Below, piece after piece: positions 53,451 through 63,552 of a stretch of DNA of 64,000 nt. The translations under genes were made by a program, and so were the position numbers. The DNA comes from Eledone cirrhosa (taxonomy: Eukaryota): positions 6,014,001 to 6,078,000 of the forward strand of contig OZ024759.1 in assembly GCA_964016885.1 (NCBI GenBank), given 5' to 3'. Under the pieces are notes generated by a model. The model made no database searches. It saw only the letters and a program-made list of their open reading frames with translations, and had not been told where the DNA came from. Every line of letters starts with the position of its first letter. The stretch's first letter is position 1.

Positions 53451-55229
53451 ATTTAAGTTCATGGTACTAGCTGTCAGAAGTAACTCCAATGTTGGTGAGA
53501 ATTCATTTAAGTTCATGGTATTAGCTGTCAGAATGAACTCCACTGTTGGTGAGAATTCATTTAAGTTCATGGTATTAGCTGTCAGAAGTAACTCCACTGT
53601 TGGTGAGAATTCATTTAAGTTCATGGTACTAGTTGTCAGAAGTAACTCCACAGTTGGTGAGAATTCATTTAAGTTCATGGTACTAGCTGTCAGAAGTAAC
53701 TCCACTGTTAGTGAGAATTCATTTAAGTTCATGGTATTAGCTGTCAGAAGTAACTCCACTGTTGGTGAGAATTCATTTAAGTCATGGTATTAGCTGTCAG
53801 AAGTAACTCCATTGTTGGTGAGAATTCATTTAAGTCATGGTACTAGCTGTCAGAAGTAACTCCACTGTTGGTGAGAATTCATTTAAGTTCATGGTACTAG
53901 CTGTCAGAAGTAACTCCACTGTTGGTGAGAATTCATTTAAGTTCATGGTACTAGCTGTCAGAAGTAACTCCACTGTTAGTGAGAATTCATTTAAGTTCAT
54001 GGTATTAGCTGTCAGAAGTAACTCCACTGTTGGTGAGAATTCATTTAAGTCATGGTATTAGCTGTCAGAAGTAACTCCATTGTTGGTGAGAATTCATTTA
54101 AGTCATGGTACTAGCTGTCAGAAGTAACTCCACTGTTGGTGAGAATTCATTTAAGTTCATGGTACTAGCTGTCAGAAGTAACTCCACTGTTGGTGAGAAT
54201 TCATTTAAGTTCATGGTATTAGTTTGTCAGAAGTAACTCCACTGTTGGTGAGAATTCATTTAAGTCATGGTATTAGTTGTCAGAAGTAACTCCAATGTTG
54301 GTGAGAATTCATTTAAGTCATGGTACTAGCTGTCAGAAGTAACTCCAATGTTTGTGAGAATTCATTTAAGTTCATGGTACTAGCTGTCAGAAGGAACTCC
54401 ACTGTTGGTGAGAATTCATTTAAGTTCATGGTACTAGCTGTCAGAAGTAACTCCAATGTTGGTGAGAATTCATTTAAGTTCATGGTATTAGCTGTCAGAA
54501 GTAACTCCACTGTTGGTGAGAATTCATTTAAGTTCATGGTATTAGCTGTCAGAAGTAACTCCACTGTTGGTGAGAATTCATTTAAGTTCATTGTATTAGC
54601 TGTCAGAAGTAACTCCACTGTTGGTGAGAATTCATTTAAGTCATGGTATTAGTTGTCAGAAGTAACTCCAATGTTGGTGAGAATTCATTTAAGTTCATGG
54701 TATTAGCTGTCAGAAGGAACTCCAATGTTGGTGAGAATTCATTTAAGTCATGGTACTAGCTGTCAGAAGTAACTCCACTGTTGGTGAGAATTCATTTAAG
54801 TTCATGGTATTAGCTGTCAGAAGTAACTCCACTGTTGGTGAGAATTCATTTAAGTCATGGTATTAGCTGTCAGAAGTAACTCCATTGTTGGTGAGAATTC
54901 ATTTAAGTCATGGTACTAGCTGTCAGAAGTAACTCCACTGTTGGTGAGAATTCATTTAAGTTCATGGTACTAGCTGTCAGAAGTAACTCAACTGTTGGTG
55001 AGAATTCATTTAAGTTCATGGTACTAGCTGTCAGAAGTAACTCCACTGTTGGTGAGAATTCATTTAAGTTCATGGTACTAGCTGTCAGAAGTAACTCCAC
55101 TGTTGGTGAGAATTCATTTAAGTTCATGGTACTAGCTGTCAGAAGTAACTCCAATGTTGGTGAGAATTCATTTAAGTTCATGGTATTAGCTGTCAGAAGT
55201 AACTCCACTGTTGGTGAGAATTCATTTAA

Positions 55230-58200
55230 GTTCATGGTACTAGCTGTCAGAAGTAACTCCACTGTTGGTGAGAATTCATTTAAGTTCATGGTATTAGCTG
55301 TCAGAAGTAACTCCACTGTTGGTGAGAATTCATTTAAGTTCATGGTACTAGCTGTCAAAAGTAACCCCAATGTTGGTGAGAATTCATTTAAGTTCATGGT
55401 ATTAGCTGTCAGAAGTCACTTCAATGTTGGTGAGAATTCATTTAAGTTTATGGTATTAGCTGTCAGAAGGAACTCCAATGTTGCTGAGAATTCATTTAAG
55501 TTCATGGTATTAGCTTTTAGAAGGAATTCCACTGTTGGTGAGAATTCATTTAAGTTCATGGTATTAGCTGTCAGAAGTAACTCCACTGTTAGTGAGAATT
55601 CATTTAAGTTCATGGTATTAGCTGTCAGAAGTAACTCCACTGTTGGTGAGAATTCATTTAAGTTCATGGTATTAGCTGTCAGAAGGAACTCCAATGTTGG
55701 TGAGAATTCATTTAAGTCATGGTACTAGCTGTCAGAAGTAACTCCACTGTTGGTGAGAATTCATTTAAGTTCATGGTATTAGCTGTCAGAAGGAACGCCA
55801 CTGTTGGTGAGAATTCATTTAAGTTCATGGTATTAGCTGTCAGAAGTAACTCCACTGTTGGTGAGAATTCATTTAAGTTCATGGTACTAGCTGTCAGAAG
55901 TAACTCCAATGTTGGTGAGAATTCATTTAAGTTCATGGTATTAGCTGTCAGAAGGAACTCCACTGTTGGTGAGAATTCATTTAAGTTCATGGTATTAGCT
56001 GTCAGAAGTAACTCCACTGTTGGTGAGAATTCATTTAAGTTCATGGTACTAGTTGTCAGAAGTAACTCCACTGTTGGTGAGAATTCATTTAAGTTCATGT
56101 TACTAGCTGTCAGAAGTAACTCCACTGTTAGTGAGAATTCATTTAAGTTCATGGTATTAGCTGTCAGAAGTAACTCCACTGTTGGTGAGAATTCATTTAA
56201 GTCATGGTATTAGCTGTCAGAAGTAACTCCATTGTTGGTGAGAATTCATTTAAGTCATGGTACTAGCTGTCAGAAGTAACTCCACTGTTGGTGAGAATTC
56301 ATTTAAGTTCATGGTACTAGCTGTCAGAAGTAACTCCACTGTTGGTGAGAATTCATTTAAGTTCATGGTATTAGTTTGTCAGAAGTAACTCCACTGTTGG
56401 TGAGAATTCATTTAAGTCATGGTATTAGTTGTCAGAAGTAACTCCAATGTTGGTGAGAATTCATTTAAGTCATGGTACTAGCTGTCAGAAGTAACTCCAA
56501 TGTTTGTTAGAATTCATTTAAGTTCATGGTATTAGCTGTCAGAAGGAACTCCACTGTTGGTGAGAATTCATTTAAGTTCATGGTACTAGCTGTCAGAAGT
56601 AACTCCACTGTTGGTGAGAATTCATTTAAGTTCATGGTACTAGCTGTCAGAAGTAACTCCAATGTTGGTGAGAATTCATTTAAGTTCATGGTACTAGCTG
56701 TCAGAAGTAACTCCACTGTTGGTGAGAATTCATTTAAGTTCATGGTACTAGCTGTCAGAAGTAACTCCAATGTTGGTGAGAGTTCATTTAAGTTCATGGT
56801 ATTAGCTGTCAGAAGTAACTCCACTGTTGGTGAGAATTCATTTAAGTCATGGTATTAGCTGTCAGAAGTAACTCCATTGTTGGTGAGAATTCATTTAAGT
56901 CATGGTACTAGCTGTCAGAAGTAACTCCACTGTTGGTGAGAATTCATTTAAGTTCATGGTACTAGCTGTCAGAAGTAACTCAACTGTTGGTGAGAATTCA
57001 TTTACGTTCATGGTACTAGCTGTCAGAAGTAACTCCACTGTTGGTGAGAATTCATTTAAGTTCATGGTACTAGCTGTCAGAAGTAACTCCACTGTTGGTG
57101 AGAATTCATTTAAGTTCATGGTACTAGCTGTCAGAAGTAACTCCAATGTTGGTGAGAATTCATTTAAGTTCATGGTATTAGCTGTCAGAAGTCACTCCAC
57201 TGTTGGTGAGAATTCATTTAAGTTCATGGTACTAGCTGTCAGATGTAACCCTAATGTTGGTGAGAATTCATTTAAGTTCATGGTATTAGCTGTCAGAAGT
57301 CACTCCAATGTTGGTGAGAATTCATTTAAGTTCATGGTATTAGCTTTCAGAAGTAACTCCACTGTTGGTGAGAATTCATTTAAGTTCATGGTATTAGCTG
57401 TCAGAAGTAACTCCACAGTTGGTGAGAATTCATTTAAGTTCATGGTATTAGCTGTCAGAAGTAACTCCACTGTTGGTGAGAATTCATTTAAGTTCATGGT
57501 ATTAGCTGTCAGAAGGAACTCCAATGTTGGTGAGAATTCATTTAAGTCATGGTACTAGCTGTCAGAAGTAACTCCACTGTTGGTGAGAATTCATTTAAGT
57601 TCATGGTATTAGCTGTCAGAAGGAACGCCACTGTTGGTGAGAATTCATTTAAGTTCATGGTATTAGCTGTCAGAAGTAACTCCACTGTTGGTGAGAATTC
57701 ATTTAAGTTCATGGTACTAGCTGTCAGAAGTAACTCCAATGTTGGTGAGAATTCATTTAAGTTCATGGTATTAGCTGTCAGAAGGAACTCCACTGTTGGT
57801 GAGAATTCATTTAAGTTCATGGTATTAGCTGTCAGAAGTAACTCCACTGTTGGTGAGAATTCATTTAAGTTCATGGTACTAGTTGTCAGAAGTAACTCCA
57901 CTGTTGGTGAGAATTCATTTAAGTTCATGGTACTAGCTGTCAGAAGTAACTCCACTGTTGGTGAGAATTCATTTAAGTTCATGGTATTAGCTGTCAGAAG
58001 TAACTCCACTGTTGGTGAGAATTCATTTAAGTCATGGTATTAGCTATCAGAAGTAACTCCATTGTTGGTGAGAATTCATTTAAGACATGGTACTAGCTGT
58101 CAGAAGTAACTCCACTGTTGGTGAGAATTCATTTAAGTTCATGGTATTAGCTGTCAGAAGGAACTCCACTGTTGGTGAGAATTCATTTAAGTTCATGGTA

Positions 58201-61200
58201 CTAGCTGTCAGAAGTAACTCCACTGTTGGTGAGAATTCATTTAAGTTCATGGTACTAGCTGTCAGAAGTAACTCCACTGTTGGTGAGAATTCATTTAAGT
58301 TCATGGTACTAGCTGTCAGAAGTAACTCCACTGTTGGTGAGAATTCATTTAAGTTCATGGTACTAGCTGTCAGAAGTAACTCCAATGTTGGTGAGAATTC
58401 ATTTAAGTTCATGGTATTAGCTGTCAGAAGTAACTCCACTGTTGGTGAGAATTCATTTAAGTTCATGGTACTAGCTGTCAAAAGTAACCCCAATGTTGGT
58501 GAGAATTCATTTAAGTTCAATGTATTAGCTGTCAGAAGTCACTCCAATGTTGGTGAGAATTCATTTAAGTTCATGGTATTAGCTGTCAGAAGTCACTCCA
58601 CTGTTGGTGAGAATTCATTTAAGTTCATGGTACTAGCTGTCAGAAGTAACCCCAATGTTGGTGAGAATTCATTTAAGTTCATGGTATTAGCTGTCAGAAG
58701 TCACTCCAATGTTGGTGAGAATTCATTTAAGTTCATGGTATTAGCTTTCAGAAGTAACTCCACTGTTGGTGAGAATTCATTTAAGTTCATGGTATTAGCT
58801 GTCAGAAGTAACTCCACAGTTGGTGAGAATTCATTTAAGTTCATGGTATTAGCTGTCAGAAGTAACTCCACTGTTGGTGAGAATTCATTTAAGTTCATGG
58901 TATTAGCTGTCAGAAGGAACTCCAATGTTGGTGAGAATTCATTTAAGTCATGGTACTAGCTGTCAGAAGTAACTCCACTGTTGGTGAGAATTCATTTAAG
59001 TTCATGGTATTAGCTGTCAGAAGGAACGCCACTGTTGGTGAGAATTCATTTAAGTTCATGGTATTAGCTGTCAGAAGTAACTCCAATGTTGGTGAGAATT
59101 CATTTAAGTTCATGGTACTAGTTGTCAGAAGTAACTCCACTGTTGGTGAGAATTCATTTAAGTTCATGGTACTAGCTGTCAGAAGTAACTCCACTGTTGG
59201 TGAGAATTCATTTAAGTTCATGGTATTAGCTGTCAGAAGTAACTCCACTGTTGGTGAGAATTCATTTAAGTCATGGTATTAGCTGTCAGAAGTAACTCCA
59301 TTGTTGGTGAGAATTCATTTAAGTCATGGTACTAGCTGTCAGAAGTAACTCCACTGTTGGTGAGAATTCATTTAAGTTCATGGTATTAGCTGTCAGAAGG
59401 AACTCCACTGTTGGTGAGAATTCATTTAAGTTCATGGTACTAGCTGTCAGAAGTAACTCCACTGTTGGTGAGAATTCATTTAAGTTCATGGTATTAGCTG
59501 TCAGAAGTAACTCCACTGTTGGTGAGAATTCATTTAAGTTCATGGTACTAGCTGTCAAAAGTAACCCCAATGTTGGTGAGAATTCATTTAAGTTCATGGT
59601 ATTAGCTGTCAGAAGTCACTTCAATGTTGGTGAGAATTCATTTAAGTTTATGGTATTAGCTGTCAGAAGGAACTCCAATGTTGCTGAGAATTCATTTAAG
59701 TTCATGGTATTAGCTTTTAGAAGGAACTCCACTGTTGGTGAGAATTCATTTAAGTTCATGGTATTAGCTGTCAGAAGTAACTCCACTGTTGGTGAGAATT
59801 CATTTAAGTTCATGGTATTAGCTGTCAGAAGTAACTCCACTGTTGGTGAGAATTCATTTAAGTTCATGGTATTAGCTGTCAGAAGGAACTCCAATGTTGG
59901 TGAGAATTCATTTAAGTCATGGTACTAGCTGTCAGAAGTAACTCCACTGTTGGTGAGAATTCATTTAAGTTCATGGTATTAGCTGTCAGAAGGAACGCCA
60001 CTGTTGGTGAGAATTCATTTAAGTTCATGGTATTAGCTGTCAGAAGTAACTCCACTGTTGGTGAGAATTCATTTAAGTTCATGGTACTAGCTGTCAGAAG
60101 TAACTCCAATGTTGGTGAGAATTCATTTAAGTTCATGGTATTAGCTGTCAGAAGGAACTCCACTGTTGGTGAGAATTCATTTAAGTTCATGGTATTAGCT
60201 GTCAGAAGTAACTCCACTGTTGGTGAGAATTCATTTAAGTTCATGGTACTAGTTGTCAGAAGTAACTCCACTGTTGGTGAGAATTCATTTAAGTTCATGT
60301 TACTAGCTGTCAGAAGTAACTCCACTGTTAGTGAGAATTCATTTAAGTTCATGGTATTAGCTGTCAGAAGTAACTCCACTGTTGGTGAGAATTCATTTAA
60401 GTCATGGTATTAGCTGTCAGAAGTAACTCCATTGTTGGTGAGAATTCATTTAAGTCATGGTACTAGCTGTCAGAAGTAACTCCACTGTTGGTGAGAATTC
60501 ATTTAAGTTCATGGTACTAGCTGTCAGAAGTAACTCCACTGTTGGTGAGAATTCATTTAAGTTCATGGTATTAGTTTGTCAGAAGTAACTCCACTGTTGG
60601 TGAGAATTCATTTAAGTCATGGTATTAGTTGTCAGAAGTAACTCCAATGTTGGTGAGAATTCATTTAAGTCATGGTACTAGCTGTCAGAAGTAACTCCAA
60701 TGTTTGTTAGAATTCATTTAAGTTCATGGTATTAGCTGTCAGAAGGAACTCCACTGTTGGTGAGAATTCATTTAAGTTCATGGTACTAGCTGTCAGAAGT
60801 AACTCCACTGTTGGTGAGAATTCATTTAAGTTCATGGTACTAGCTGTCAGAAGTAACTCCAATGTTGGTGAGAATTCATTTAAGTTCATGGTACTAGCTG
60901 TCAGAAGTAACTCCACTGTTGGTGAGAATTCATTTAAGTTCATGGTACTAGCTGTCAGAAGTAACTCCAATGTTGGTGAGAGTTCATTTAAGTTCATGGT
61001 ATTAGCTGTCAGAAGTAACTCCACTGTTGGTGAGAATTCATTTAAGTCATGGTATTAGCTGTCAGAAGTAACTCCATTGTTGGTGAGAATTCATTTAAGT
61101 CATGGTACTAGCTGTCAGAAGTAACTCCACTGTTGGTGAGAATTCATTTAAGTTCATGGTACTAGCTGTCAGAAGTAACTCAACTGTTGGTGAGAATTCA

Positions 61201-61320
61201 TTTACGTTCATGGTACTAGCTGTCAGAAGTAACTCCACTGTTGGTGAGAATTCATTTAAGTTCATGGTACTAGCTGTCAGAAGTAACTCCACTGTTGGTG
61301 AGAATTCATTTAAGTTCATG
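55230..61320 (+). repeat. Block duplication at 4200-bp offset (78 monomers)
   Basis: TGTTTGTTAG at 56501 and 60701. ORFs 55719/59919, 56526/60726 and 56902/61102. Shared AAGTTTATGG and GCTTTTAG variants. Confidence 0.9.
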
Positions 61321-62232
61321 GTATTAGCTGTCAGAAGTCACTCCAATGTTGCTGAGAATTCATTTAAGTTCATGGTATTAGCTTTCAGAAGGAACTCCAC
61401 TGTTGGTGAGAATTCATTTAAGTTCATGGTATTAGCTGTCAGAAGTAACTCCACTGTTGGTGAGAATTCATTTAAGTTCATGGTATTAGCTGTCAGAAGT
61501 AACTCCACTGTTGGTGAGAATTCATTTAAGTTCATGGTATTAGCTGTCAGAAGGAACTCCAATGTTGGTGAGAATTCATTTAAGTCATGGTACTAGCTGT
61601 CAGAAGTAACTCCACTGTTGGTGAGAATTCATTTAAGTTCATGGTATTAGCTGTCAGAAGGAACGCCACTGTTGGTGAGAATTCATTTAAGTTCATGGTA
61701 TTAGCTGTCAGAAGTAACTCCACTGTTGGTGAGAATTCATTTAAGTTCATGGTACTAGCTGTCAGAAGTAACTCCAATGTTGGTGAGAATTCATTTAAGT
61801 TCATGGTATTAGCTGTCAGAATGAACTCCACTGTTGGTGAGAATTCATTTAAGTTCATGGTATTAGCTGTCAGAAGTAACTCCACTGTTGGTGAGAATTC
61901 ATTTAAGTTCATGGTACTAGTTGTCAGAAGTAACTCCACAGTTGGTGAGAATTCATTTAAGTTCATGGTACTAGCTGTCAGAAGTAACTCCACTGTTAGT
62001 GAGAATTCATTTAAGTTCATGGTATTAGCTGTCAGAAGTAACTCCACTGTTGGTGAGAATTCATTTAAGTCATGGTATTAGCTGTCAGAAGTAACTCCAT
62101 TGTTGGTGAGAATTCATTTAAGTCATGGTACTAGCTGTCAGAAGTAACTCCACTGTTGGTGAGAATTCATTTAAGTTCATGGTACTAGCTGTCAGAAGTA
62201 ACTCCACTGTTGGTGAGAATTCATTTAAGTTC

Positions 62233-62432
62233 NNNNNNNNNNNNNNNNNNNNNNNNNNNNNNNNNNNNNNNNNNNNNNNNNNNNNNNNNNNNNNNNNNNN
62301 NNNNNNNNNNNNNNNNNNNNNNNNNNNNNNNNNNNNNNNNNNNNNNNNNNNNNNNNNNNNNNNNNNNNNNNNNNNNNNNNNNNNNNNNNNNNNNNNNNNN
62401 NNNNNNNNNNNNNNNNNNNNNNNNNNNNNNNN
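62233..62432. other. Assembly/scaffolding gap of 200 N
   Basis: Exactly 200 consecutive N. The round number suggests a placeholder of unknown true size. Confidence 0.99.
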
Positions 62433-62477
62433 GGGTCTTATTCAGCACAGCATCTCTCCACTCGTCACGGTCCTCCG

Positions 62478-62494
62478 ATATATATATATATATA
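62478..62494. repeat. (AT)n microsatellite
   Basis: ATATATATATATATATA read directly. Confidence 0.9.
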
Positions 62495-62495
62495 C

Positions 62496-62660
62496 CATTA
62501 TCATCATTACTGTTTCACATCTATTTTTTCAAGCTAGCATGGGTTAGACGTGTTGTCCTGTTGTAAACAAGTCAGACCAAGTGACCATGCCTTACTCATG
62601 CAGAACTGTTTTGGGGTTGGTCTCTATGGCTGGACACCCTTCCTAACAGCAACTACAGTG
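62496..62660 (-). mobile_element. Degenerate 3' fragment of an interspersed retro-element with a (GAT)n tail (copy A)
   Basis: Aligns in the same orientation with 63551-63720: TCATCAT..GTTT.ACATCTAT..CTAGCATGGGTT(T)AGACG..TTGTCC ... CTA.GGCTGGA..CCCTTCCTAACA.CAAC. The minus-strand motif AGGAAGGGCATCCAGCCGTAG (intact in copy B) plus a simple-repeat tail resembles, from recall, RTE-LINE-related SINE 3' ends. Confidence 0.7.
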
Positions 62661-62690
62661 TGTGTGTGAGTGTATATATATCTATATATA
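62658..62690. repeat. Compound (TG)n/(TA)n microsatellite
   Basis: GTGTGTGTGTGAGTGTATATATATCTATATATA read directly. Confidence 0.85.
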
Positions 62691-62980
62691 AAGGGTAAGG
62701 GTAAATACCTCCTTCGGTCACAAAAAGACCATGGGATTTGCACCTAGAAAGATCCCCATCGAGCCAGAAGTCCTGGCAAGGTTGTTTGTGGAAGACCAGC
62801 AGTCACTCATGCATATCAGTCTCCCCTCTCCATGTCACTGACGTTGTCCAAGAGAAAGGCAATGGCCAATACAGCTTGGCACCAGTGACGTCACAACCCA
62901 TTTCTACAGCTGAGTAAACTGGAGCAACGTGAAATAAAGTGTCTTGCTCAAGAACCGAACTGACGACCTCTCTATTGCAA
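62691..62980 (-). mobile_element. tRNA-derived SINE, 5'-truncated, with CORE-like block and (TTACCC)2 tail
   Basis: The minus strand reads GAGGTCGTCAGTTCGGTTC (degenerate B-box), then TTCTTGAGCAAGACACTTTATTTCAC, which resembles the CORE-SINE block CCTTGGGCAAGTCACTT, and ends TTTACCCTTACCCTTT. Its 3' part has a second copy at 62981-63093. Confidence 0.7.
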
Positions 62981-63093
62981 ACATGGAGAGGGGAGACTGC
63001 TATGCATGGGTGACTGCTGATCTTCCACAAACAAACCTTGCCCAGGCTTGTGCTTCAGCGAGAAACTTTCTAGGTGCAAAACCCTTAGTGACC
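62981..63093 (+). mobile_element. 3' fragment of the same SINE family in the opposite orientation
   Basis: ACATGGAGAGGGGAGACTG..TATGCATG.GTGACTGCTG.TCTTCCACAAACAA..CCTTGCC..CTTTCTAGGTGCAAA is the reverse complement of 62737-62835. Confidence 0.8.
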
Positions 63094-63229
63094 AATGGTG
63101 GGGCGCTAAGATAAGATATATATATATAAAATGAAATTTACAGTGTACACCTATACATGTTTAGTTTGACCTGCTTTAAGGGGGCTTCTCCAGTGTTTTA
63201 ATGATAGGGACCCCACTGCTATCACAAAA

Positions 63230-63338
63230 GGCAACGTGAACCGACTTGGTCAAGAATGCCACATGTTGCCTGGCTCCAGGAATCTAACCCATGACCTTGT
63301 GACCAACAATCCAATGCCCTAACCACTAGAACACCTTC
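63230..63338 (-). mobile_element. Degenerate SINE 5' head (tRNA-like A and B boxes) plus start of the core block
   Basis: Minus strand: GGTGTTCTAGTGGTTAGGGC (A-box-like) ... AAGGTCATGGGTTAGATTCC (B-box-like) ... TTCTTGACCAAG..TTCACGTTGC. The plus-strand 10-mer GCAACGTGAA is also present in the SINE at about 62924. Confidence 0.62.
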
Positions 63339-63351
63339 ACTATATAGATAT

Positions 63352-63552
63352 ATAAGTATAAAGAAAGTGCTCATGTGCAAAAATGTTATAAAGATAGCTT
63401 ATAAAATAGGGTGAACACCCTTAAAAGACAGAAAAAGAAGTTGCCATCAGCTGCTATGAGGGATTGAACCCCATATCTTCCAGATATCTTCACCCTATTT
63501 TATAAGCTATCCTTATAGCATTTCTGCGCATGAGCACTTTCTTTATACTTAT
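63352..63552. mobile_element. Foldback/MITE-like element: 64-bp inverted arms, 73-bp spacer, possible TA target-site duplication
   Basis: 63352-63415 matches the reverse complement of 63489-63552 at 60/64 positions. It can be read as TA|AGTATAAAG...CTTTATACT|TA. No coding capacity. Confidence 0.78.

Larger units (their letters stand above)
1..62232 (+). repeat. 54-bp satellite DNA tandem array (EcoRI-type monomer), about 1150 copies, head-to-tail, open at the left window edge and ending at an assembly gap
   Basis: ATGGTA(T/C)TAGCTGTCAGAAGTAACTCCA(C/A)TGTTGGTGAGAATTCATTTAAGTTC repeats continuously. Most units differ from consensus by 0-3 nt. A 53-bp variant (AAGTC for AAGTTC) is frequent. Copy number estimated as length/54. 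No inversion or foreign insertion seen. Confidence 0.99.

Noticed and set aside
605-62047. Minus-strand ORFs encoding (MNLNEFSPTVELLLTAST)n
   Set aside because: Same periodicity artefact. They are interrupted by the common GTCAC variant (a TGA stop on the minus strand) and by frameshifts.
20-62232. Plus-strand ORFs encoding (MVLAVRSNSTVGENSFKF)n, up to 614 aa
   Set aside because: They follow from a 54-bp unit with one stop-free frame. The frame is broken every few units by the common 1-bp deletion, variants are largely non-synonymous, and there is no unique N- or C-terminal domain.
1-62232. CRISPR-like array (constant segment alternating with a variable segment)
   Set aside because: The variable part differs only by a few SNPs, so there are no unique spacers. 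No leader or cas genes are present, and the context is eukaryotic.
1-62232. Tandem RNA-gene array (tRNA, 5S, snRNA, spliced leader) or heat-shock element array
   Set aside because: The unit has no A/B boxes or recognisable RNA fold and is too short. GAATTC lacks the 2-nt spacing of nGAAnnTTCn.
62125-62566. ORFs spanning the N gap
   Set aside because: They are open only because N codons translate as X.
62691-62705. Telomere-like AAGGGTAAGGGTAAA
   Set aside because: Only two units, not TTAGGG, and positioned as the simple-repeat tail of the SINE.
62803-63030. 75-aa minus-strand ORF
   Set aside because: It lies wholly within SINE fragments, crosses the inverted junction and has no recognisable protein features.
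63270-63338. Functional tRNA gene on the minus strand
   Set aside because: The B-box is degenerate (GGTTAGATTCC), I could not form a convincing cloverleaf, and it runs into a SINE core motif, so it is treated as a SINE head.
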